Made by a program: the position numbers and the translations under genes
Assembly: GCF_000143415.4 (NCBI RefSeq)
Contig: NW_003314334.1
Coordinates: 876,108-940,107 of the forward strand
Direction of reading: 5' to 3'
From: Selaginella moellendorffii
Taxonomy: Eukaryota; Plantae; Lycopodiophyta
DNA length: 64,000 bases
Notes under the pieces: generated by a model
Databases searched by the model: none
Told to the model about the DNA's origin: nothing
What the model saw: the letters and a program-made list of their open reading frames with translations, nothing else
Shown: positions 50,259 through 60,054 of the stretch, one piece after another
How the letters are laid out: the number at the start of each line of letters is the position of its first letter
Numbering within the stretch: position 1 is the first letter of the stretch

Positions 50259-51280
50259 ATGGCGCTTTGGTGACGACTCATGCAAGCATCGAACTCTCGC
50301 TGCAAATGGATGCTCTTGACTTGCCTGCTGGTCTCACATACGAGCAGTCGATGATCGATAGGAGCAAGGTCCACATCTCGATCTTCACGAACGGGATCTG
50401 GCCCCGAGTTCGAGGAAGGCGGCTGCTCAAAACCATTGAGAGCGGTGAGACTTACTACTTTCGATTCGACTGCTGCTTCCAGATGAGGAACCCGAGCACA
50501 AAGTGATTAAGCAGTGCTTTACTGAGAGTAGAGCTCTTGCTTCTGGAAGATACCACATTGTCTCTAGCCTGGTGGATGCATTTCCACAGCTCGTTCGGGT
50601 TTTTGGCATTCCTGTGGAGCCGACAGTGTTCGAAAAACTGTGGGTAGCAAAAGGTGACAGCGAGCCAGCAGAGATTTGCGTGAAGCAAGTAGCTCCATGG
50701 GAAGAAGCTTCTGGACACAATTCTAGTCCCAGGATGCGACGCAACGAGGGTGCAGGTCGAGATTAACAAGACGTTTCTTCACGACGAGAAGATTGACGTT
50801 CAAGCTTCGATGCTCGAGCTGCCTCAGGCATCGTGGAGCTCGTCATGGAATACAAGGGATGTCTGTCCGAGATGGAAAGATCCAAGTGGTTGGGCGGGTG
50901 CAAACGTCCCTGGAACATCGGCATCTGAGGAAGCTCCTCCTTCCTGGCTCGGTCATGAGTAACCTTTACCTCATTCCCATTCAGGTTGGTACAAACGGGC
51001 AAGATGACATTATGTTCCAAGCTTCAGATGAGACACCCCAAGGTCAAAATTGATGCTGAATCGCTAGTTCTCTGACGATGGTTGCAATGTAGACTTGGAC
51101 AAACGAAGAGTAATGAACTGCAAAAGCATTTTTGGTATTGATTCTTCCCAAATCCCGACTGCATACTCCTGCGCTTAGAAAGCTATAGAATGGAACACTT
51201 TCTCAGATGACTACCATCGATCTCGCTTTACCTCTCCCATTTCTTCGAATCACCGGCACCAGCCAAGGTGAATCGCTCTA
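50259..51280 (+). pseudogene. Frameshifted paralog of the N-terminal half of the adjacent kinase gene, with PD-(D/E)xK-like residues
   Basis: Segments DALDLPAGLTYEQSM, WPRVRG..IESGETYYFR, LVDAFPQLVRVFGIPVEPTVF and AFLVLILPKSR..GTLSQ align to the neighbour. Also KIDV..ELVMEYKG. Several frameshifts and stops. Confidence 0.6.
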
Positions 51281-52040
51281 AAGTCTGAAGACAAGCGTTT
51301 GGCCCTAACTTTTACTACACGCATGAAAATATACCACCAAAAGTCAACTTAGATCTAAGATCGCGCCCTCATCATATTTATAGTATAGGTGGTAACAAAT
51401 TATAACACAAGTAGGTAATGCATCTTCAATCATATTAATCTATCCGAGTCTTCTGAGTTTTGAACACGCTGCCACTCATCCAAAAGTGCCCGGCCCGCCC
51501 AGCGATCTCAGTGCACTGCATAAAAAGCTATAGCGATGCTGACTGTGGGAGAGCCGCTATAATCGAATGCAAAGCCCGCATCTGCGCTTAAAAGAGATGT
51601 TGAAAATAATCGCACGCCATTTGATGCATCTCAGCCAGATCAGTGACAAGTCGACCCGCAGCATCTTTCAACCCGAGAATAGAAACACTTCCCTCTGTTA
51701 CACCAACCAGCAGCGTGGGGACTGCAGAACCACTCCCACGGGCACCGGCTGCAAGCTAGTTAACAGGGTGAGCGCACCAACCGGAGCGAACTACTCCCGC
51801 GAGCTCTATAGCTGGCTGCAAGTCGGTGGTCGTGATGGACTGATCGTGGTGAAAGATGATGGTAAGTGGTACGTGGTCGCCAGCAGAGATATAAGGTGTG
51901 TTGATGATGATGATGTGATGATGATGAGTGATCAAGCCTGCTACGCTGCTTGAGCACAAATACTGTAGTCTCAGCCGCAGGACAAGTGCTAGTCCTTACT
52001 TCCACTGGAAATCAGACATTCGTCTCTTACTTACATGGCT

Positions 52041-52327
52041 GGGAAGCCTAGGAATATGGTGCATGACGTACCTGAGGCACTGGGGTGGATGAGCTTGCAT
52101 CTTTCTCTTCATTTTCTGTGATTGAAGTGCTTGCCCCGTTAGGGTTCCTGAGACCTGTAACTTCAAGTCAATTCGGTCAATAAATCTCTACCATTCATCA
52201 CCAGCAATCAAGTGCCACACGATCAGCCAACCAAAAGTTACGGGTCTCAGGAACCCTAATGGGGCACGATCACAGAAAATGAAGAGAAAGATGCAAGCTC
52301 ATCCAGGTACATCATGCAAGGCTTCCC
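52041..52327. repeat. Foldback / inverted repeat (arms about 95-120 bp, 71-nt loop)
   Basis: 52087-52122 is a perfect 36-bp reverse complement of 52269-52304. Further pairing: ttagggttcctgagacc/ggtctcaggaaccctaa and gggaagcc/ggcttccc. Confidence 0.92.
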
Positions 52328-52918
52328 GGCAACGACACAACTGCCTGGCTCAAGGACCATCCACAAGGCACCCTGACCAAAAGCTGGCGAGGAAGGTGGC
52401 TGCCTCCTTCAACCCCAAGACCGATGGCACCAACGAGATCACCATCAGCCCAGCAAGAATTGCTTCCATTTTCAACATCTCGGCAAGTGCACAGCAGAGG
52501 TCTATGGAGCTCTACTCGACGTGTGAACGTGGCTCATCATCTCCACGAGCTCCTTCTCAAGCTTCTCGCTGTGCCATCCTCGCTACACTCAACAAGAAAA
52601 CCATGCGAACAGTAATGTTCCCACTGTTGGTAGCTCTACACGAAGCTCTTCCCAACAAGCAACCGTGGACAACCCAAATGAACTACAAAGAACAAAGCGA
52701 CAGCTCTGAGGATCAGTCAAGATTAGAAGGAGCAACTCCCAGCAAGAAACCGAAGCCAGCACCTCAACAATCAAGCTCAGCTCACTCCAGCAACACCAGC
52801 TCCAGCAACAAACACTCCAACAATTCAACTCCACTTCGCTGCTGCCTCACACGCAACACACCAGTGAATCTAGCTTGAAATCTGCTGCTCCAAGAGCAGC
52901 TCGTCATCAGCAATAATG

Positions 52919-54357
52919 AAGACAACTCACACCAGCATCCACACACCCCAGCATCCGGATCCACTCGAATCAGCCCCAAAACCAACTTCTTCTCATCAAC
53001 AACTCAACATCTCCAAAGGAAAACGTCAGCTGCTCGCCTAAGACTTGGTTTCTCCACCAGCTGAGAACGTCATTCTCACCACCCAAACCCCTCTACATGT
53101 TCCATGAAAGAAAACATTGACTACCTTTGCTAATCACTCGCAGAACACGCAACCATAGCAAATGCTGCGACAAAAATTCCACCCCTTCAACAAAATTTCA
53201 AGTGGAAGATTTGGGCCGTTCAACCCCAGTGGATAGTTCCACATCTGGGCCGTTCATTCAGCATCAATGCGAAATGCTCATCTCCAACCACCTCAAAGAA
53301 TCCAGACCGACCACGCCACCCACATCCAATGAAGCAGATTAAGCCTCTAGCAACTTCAAATCCCGGGACCAAAAACACAGCAAACCCTAGTGAGGAACAC
53401 CAGGATCATGGAGGAGGAGCAAGAGCAGCAGCTATGCCTCAGCCACAGAGTCAGGTACGCCGTGATTACGACAAGATCAGGAAGGAGTACAAGGATAAAC
53501 TCTGCGACTTGAGCTACTGCACCCGTAAGTTGTTTGAAGCCCTTGATCAACGCATGTACCACGAGCTCCATGACCAAGCGAACCACTTCCCATGCTGTGT
53601 ATGATATGCTGTGTATGATCAAATCTATGGTTGGTATGGTATGATCAGATGTCAGCTGGTGTTGGGAAGTGGTTCGCTTGGTTGTGGAGCTCATGATGCA
53701 TGTGTTGATCAAGGGCTTCAAACAACTTGCGAGTGCAGTAGCTCGGGTCACAGAGTTTATCCTCGTACTCCTTCCTGATCTCGTTGTAATCACGGTGTAC
53801 CTGACTCTGTGGCTGAGGCATGGCTGCTGCTCTTGCTCCTGCTCCGTAATCCTGGTGTTCCTCGCTAGGGTTCACTGTGTTCTTGGTCTCGGGATTTGAA
53901 GTTTGCTGGAGGCTTAATCTGCTTCATTGGATATGGTGGCATGGTCAGTTCGGATTCTTTGATGTGGTTGGAGATGAGCATTTCAGATTGATGCTGAATG
54001 AACGGCCCAGATGTGGCACTGAAATTAATGTATCCACTGGGGTTGAACAGCCCAAATCTTCCGCTTGAAATTTTGTTGAAGGGGCAGAATTTTTGCTAAT
54101 GCTTGTCGCGGCATTTGCTGAAGGAGGCATGGTTGCGTGTTCTACGAGTGATTGGTGAAGGTAGTTGATTTTTTCTTTCATGGAGCGTGTCAAGGGGGTC
54201 GGGGCGGTGAGAATGACATTCTCAGCTGGTGGAGAAACCGAGTCCTGGGCGAGCAGCTGATGTTTTCCTTTGGAGATGTTGAGTTGGTGGTGAGAAGAAG
54301 TCGCTGATTTGAGTGGATCCAGGTGCTGGGGTGAGTGTGGAAGCTGTGAGTTGTCTT
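52919..54357. repeat. Long inverted repeat, arms 52919-53592 and 53663-54357, 70-bp spacer
   Basis: Both arms encode NPSEEHQD..GARAAAMPQPQSQV.RDY..IRKEY.DKLCD.SYCTRKLFEALDQ on opposite strands. DNA reverse-complement similarity holds throughout. Confidence 0.93.
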
Positions 54358-57300
54358 GAGGATAGTATGGTGTCAACGTTTTGTGTCGGATTTTGAACTT
54401 GGTGGTGAGATGTTCAATCATTTCATTGATGAAGTGGGTGCCTCTGTCGGTGACGAGTTCGAGTGGTGTGCCAAAACGAGTGATGATATTTTTGTAGATG
54501 AAGTTTGCTGTTGCTTTTGCTGTGGCGTGTCAGAGAGGTATTGCTTCAGCCCACTTGGTAGTGTAATTGATGGCATTGATGATGTACTGATTTTGCCCTT
54601 CTCAGATGTGGTTTGCGACTTTGCGCTTCCGTTCAAAGGTCGAGACGGCCTCGTGTAGAAGCTCGCAGAGATAGGTGCTGACTTGGTGTCCGACGAAGTC
54701 GAATCCCCATTTCTGAAATGGTGCCATCTAGAATGTCGGGTTGAGTTGCTGAGTCTGAGTTTTCAGTAGTAATCAGTGTCATTTGACATGTGTCGCAGCA
54801 TCTGCAGAATTCTTCAGTGTCGTGCCAGAGTGTCGGCCACCAGAGGCCAGCTTAAAGAATCTTCTGAGTTGTGGTGTCAGCAGTGAAGTGTCCGCCGGAA
54901 GGTCCAGCATGAGCTTCCTTGATGATTTGAGTTGTGCTTGGCAGCTTGATGCATCGGCGAAGAATGTTGTCGATGCTGAGTTTGTAGAGACTGCCGCCAA
55001 AGACTGAGTATCAGCGGGTCTTAGTGACGAAAGTCTTCTTTTGGTCGGACGTGGTGTACCGGTCTAGAACTTTTGCTGAAATCAGGTAACTGAAGATGTT
55101 GCCAAGCCAGGTTGCCAGTATTGAAACTCGGAACAGGTTTGAGTTGGGTAAGTTGTCAGTGAGTCTTTCGGGTTTGTCGCCGGTGGTGATCCAGATGAGA
55201 TAGTCATCTTGCTCATGATTTTTGCCGGGTTTGTGGACGATTTCGAAGTTGTATTCTTGTAGTAAAAGGAACCATCTTGATATTCAATCAAATAGTATCG
55301 GCTTGTTGATGAGGTAAAGGAGTGTCTTGTGATCGACGAAAAGGACAACTTTGGTTGACAGTATGTTGTGTCAGAACTTCTGAAGTGAGTAGGCCATCTT
55401 TCTCTGTGGTGGTGTAGTTTCGTTCAGCTGGGTTGAGTAGTTGGCTAGCGTAGTAGATCGGTTGATCTCGGTTGTTGTGCTGAGTTTGATTGAGAATTGT
55501 GCTAGTGGCGATGTTGGAAGTGTTGACATGAATGTGGAACTCTTGTATCTAGTCGGGCTTGGTGAGGATCGGTGCTGTTGTGAGTTTGAATTAGAGTGTT
55601 GAATGTTTGTTCCCCTTAAGCCAACTAGAAAAGGGGCAATTGCTTGATGAGAGAGCCCTTAGTGGCTATTTTATCCCCTAAAGTTCTAAGGATCCACAGT
55701 GACAGTCATCCCATGATCACATGCACTACAGTGTTAATGTTAGGTGATTTGTCTGTCGGTTTTCTAGTGTTGAGTCTTGGCATTGTTGTTGAGCTGGTGA
55801 TGGCTGAGCTTCATTGTCAGAGTCTAAAATCACTAATTCAGGTAGTCGTAGAGTGAGTTGCCATTGTATCTTGGCGACTAACTTTTGCTTCTTTTTCCAT
55901 TCCCGAAGTTTTGTCAAGCTCTTTGGGCCCTTCTCTTCACTATCTTCAAAATCTCTGTCCAGTTGTTGTTTTTTTGCTCGAATTCATGCTCGGGTTTGTA
56001 CTGCCATGACTTGAGGATCAGAGTCATCATTGTTGGCATAAGGTAGTTTGTCGGTCTCAACCATCCTTGTTGCTGGTAGTCACTATTAGTTCTGATCTTG
56101 TTGTCGAGGAGGCAGCGGACCAAGTCTTGGCAGACCTCCTTGGTTTTGAAGTCGAGGTTGCCATGGCCGGTTGTTGTAGTTGCTTTGGTAGCCCTGGTAT
56201 TGATAACCTTGGCCTTGGTATCCTCAATTCTGGTATCTCGGGTATTGTTAGTATCCTTGGTTATAGTTGTCTTAGTTCTCCAGGTAGTTCCGATTTGGTG
56301 GGTATTGTCGATCATTGTAGTTGTTGTTGTAGTTGTTGTAGTGAGGTTGATCATTCCATTGTCGACTCTGTTGTTGGAAGTTGTTTCTCGGTGGTCTCCA
56401 GTTTGTCAGAGGTGGTGCTAGGTAGTTGTCAAAGTATTGATTCAGATATGGTTGTTGAAACTACTGTCCGGATAGTTCAAGATTTGCCGAACTTTCAGAG
56501 AATTTCAAAATCTGCAAGTCTTGGCTTCATGACCTTCTTTGGCACAGATCTGGCATTTGGAGATTTAGAGTTTGCAGTCACTTGGTGGATGTCCTTCATT
56601 CTTGCACTTAATACACCAAATTCCAGATCGAAATTCTTTGATGTTGGCCTTGACCTTTCCCTTGAGTTTGTCAATTGTTTTCCTGAGTTTCCGAAGTTTT
56701 GACTTGGCATTCTCTCTGAGTTCATCGTCAGATTCGTCATTGGAACTACTGTCAGAATCTGAGTCGTCGGTGTCGTCGACTTGTGCTGTCATTCGTCAAG
56801 CTTGAACATCTTGAAGTGCTCTTGCTAGTTTGGGTAAGTGGCGATGTTGATGTGTGTCGCCACTTCTTGGAGGGATCGTCAGAGGCCTTGCATGTACCAT
56901 TGGTAAAGTAAAGTTTCGGTGGTGTTGTTGCTGCATTTGCTGGCATGTCAAGTGAAGGTTTGAGAGTAGTCATCGATGGATTGACTGAACTTCTACTTGA
57001 GTTTTGGATCTTATGAAGTTGTTTGCTTTGAGTGAGGGAAGACTTGAATTGGTCAATGAGCTTAAATGTGAGGTCATTGAAACTTGTATTTTGAGGAAGT
57101 GTTTGAGCCCATTCGTTGGCTCTCTTTCAAAGGGTACACTGGAAGTAGTATGGGAGTTTGGTTGTTTGGCTGTTGATTCAGATTGCTTCTTGGAACTATT
57201 TGACATGTTTCTCGGCATCTTCTGACTTCAGACCATGAAATAGTGGATACGAAACGTGTCTTCCGATGGGTATGTTGGCGATGGTGGTAGTGACTGCCAT

Positions 57301-60051
57301 TTGCGGTTGGTAGTAATGTCGGTATTGTCAAGGTTGTTTTGTCAGGTTCTCACTGTGGAGTTTGAAGGTGATTTGTAGCAAGGGGTTGTTAGAGCAAGTT
57401 GGTGTAGGACGAAGCTGGTGAATTGTTGTTGTTGTTTAGTGGACTCTCCTCTGTTTTTTCTTCTTTCTTGGGACTCTTTTCAGGTGTGTCATCAACATTG
57501 TCGTCAGCAGTGGGTTGCTTGCCGGTGTTAATTTCCGGAAGATGCTGTTCGAATTTGTTGTCGACGTACTTATCGGAGTTATGTTGTGTTGGTTGTGGTT
57601 GTTCTTCTAGATTGTCGAAGAGTTCTTTGAGCATATAGTTGTGTGATGATTGTGGTTGTTGTTGAAGATTGTTGTTATCGACAATTGGTTCGTCGACTTC
57701 GTTGTTGTTGGATGTTGTAGCTGTTTGTCAGCTCGGTGTGAGTTGTCAACTTCTTCGTCGAGTGCTTGACTATTGGACGATTCGGGTTGTTCATCTTCAC
57801 CGATGTTGACCGGGTATATCGGAGTGTGATTGTAGTGGGTGAAGTCGAGTTGTTGTCTTGTCAGTGCATTGAAGTCGAAAGCATGTTTGAAAGGTCTTGT
57901 TGATAGCGGGCTTCGGTAGATGTTGGATGCAAATGTCGGATATATTGGTGCTGTGAATATCGGTCGGTATGGCAAAAATGGTGCCAGTCTGGTGAAGTCT
58001 GTAAAGCCAAGTGGGAAACTCAGTCGTTCGTCATCACTGTAGATGGAGTTGGTGAATGTACCTTTGAACTGGTTATATGCTACTTGAAAAATGTTTTGTT
58101 GCTCAGGGATAGTCTATGTCAACTGCTCTAATGTTTGGTCGGGCTTGGGCACTTTGGTGGGTGCCGTCAAGGGTGCTGCCAGTGGTGTGTCCAGTGGTGT
58201 TGTGTAGTTGTTGTATTCTTCGCAGATGTCCAAGACTAGTTTGTCGGAGTTAGCTCGCAGTAAGAATTTATGTCAGATGTAATTCTCTCTCTTGGAGGGT
58301 TTGATAGCTTGATTCAGCTTCTCTTGGTCTTTCTTTCTCCTTGTTTCTAAATTCTTCAAATCTCTATCTAAACGTTGGATAAGCTATTGTCGGGCTTCTT
58401 CTAACTTGCTGGATGTTCTTCTTGATTTTGGATACATGCATTATTCTACTTGTTGTTGGTGTCACACTTGTGTTTCCTGTGATGTTGCAGATTTAATTTC
58501 GTAAAGCAATTGAAAATAAAACAACTCTAATTGTTCTAAGGGTCCTAGAAATTCTTCCCCATGGAGAAGTATGCCATTAGTCAATTGAACGAAGTGACTC
58601 CGGGGAAGGAGGTGTCAAGTCTTCTGTCGGATGAGTTCCTGAATGTCATCGGGGACTGTTCAAACTTGTTGGAGTAGTTGTGTCAAGTCAGTCATGCAGT
58701 TCTGTCAGAACTTTGGGAAGACTGTCAGCGGTCCAATTGTCGATAAAGTCATCAGGAATCGGGTAATGATAGATCTGGTCGACTTGTTTCTTGAGCTTGT
58801 TCTTTCTTTTCGATGCAAATGTCGACGGTGGTGTGTGTTGAGTTGGGTTGTGTCAGGTCGAGTTGAGCTGAGTCGGGTTGTGTTTAGTCAAGTTGTGTTG
58901 GGTCGAGTTGGCTGGTGCAGTATGCAGACTGGTCGTCCACTTGCTGATGTTGAGATGGAGTTCGATGAAGAGTTTGGGATACTCGGGTTTGTCTGGAATG
59001 ATTTCTTCAATAATGTCGTTGAGTTGTTCAAGTCTGGATCAGGCGATGGCGTGATTGGCAAGAGTTGTTGTGGTGAACATGTTGACTTTGAACTGAGTTT
59101 GGACTGTCGCTTCTATGCTGAGCTGCTGATTCTATCGGAGGGGTTGCTGAAAAATTGGTGGTGCTTTGTCAAGTTTTCCCTCAACGAGTTCTCTGACACT
59201 GGGTAACAGAGTGATGGGTTCATCGTTGGTGCAGGTTCAGAGGATGTGCTTCGGTATTAGGAGTGGGCGCAGGAACTGGAATTGTGTTGGAGTGCTGGGA
59301 TTGCCAGGTCGACAACTGCTCAGAAGAGGGGTGTGTTTTGGCAGTGGTGTCAGTTTGTGTCAAGTGCACTAGTTGAGTTCTTGAGCTTGGAGTGTGTGTT
59401 CTTATGCTCAGAGTTGGAGTTGGCCAATGAAGTTGCCAAGGGCATCTGCTGATGGAGGTGCTGGTCGACTGGATGGTTGTTGGTGCAGAAACTCGGTTGT
59501 CAGTCAAATTGTGTCATGTCGGAGTTGTTGGAGTGCCTCGTCAGTGATTGGACTCGAAGATCTTGAGAGAGAGCTTTCAAATTCTTCAAAGATCTCCTCT
59601 GGGAAGCGTCTTCCTCTACTGCGTTGGGTGGTGACTGCTCGGACGCTCTTGATCCCTGTTGGTGGTGGCATTTTCTTGTCAAATCTTGACAAATCTTGGT
59701 GAGTTGGGTAGATTTCTTGATCTTTCTTGCTATATGTGCACAGAGAATGGAGAAAAAACTAAAGAATTTGTGAACCTAAAGGGGAATTCAGAGGTTGTGG
59801 TTGCCAAATGAAGAGGTGTGGATACTCCTCTTCGCTAGGTATCTACTACTAATGAGTAAACAAAGGGGGAAAGGGCCTGATCTCCAGAGGCTGAGAGGGA
59901 AAGATGAGTGAATTAGTGCTGTGTATTGATATGAAAACAATGAATGAAGATGGGGATCCATAACTTGGATTCCCCCCCTTAAAAGGCTGGCAGTTCTAAC
60001 TGCTAGCATATGCTAATGAATGGTATATGCTGTGTATGATCAAATCTATCA
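53600..60051 (-). mobile_element. Degenerate, internally deleted Athila-like Ty3/gypsy element with extra ORFs
   Basis: Putative 5' LTR 59809-60051 (TGA..TCA) with PBS-like TGGCAACCACAA. Then a stop-riddled ORF about 58490-59671, gag with CIKCKNEGHPPSDC, RNase H (PIYYAS..AERNYTTTEK) and integrase (EAHAGPSGGHF; TKWAEAI; RFGTP..TDRGTHF..TPYYPQ). No PR or RT was seen. Confidence 0.8.
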
Positions 60052-60054
60052 CTT

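Noticed and set aside
51440-52050. Possible rRNA-like segment or lectin/S-domain gene fragment (ORF 51567-51953)
   Set aside because: Only vague resemblance; I cannot support any family assignment.
58555-58577. PBS-like TGGCATACTTCTCCATGGGGA upstream of gag
   Set aside because: Poor tRNA match, and it lies within the tail of the upstream reading frame. The site at 59795-59806 fits better.
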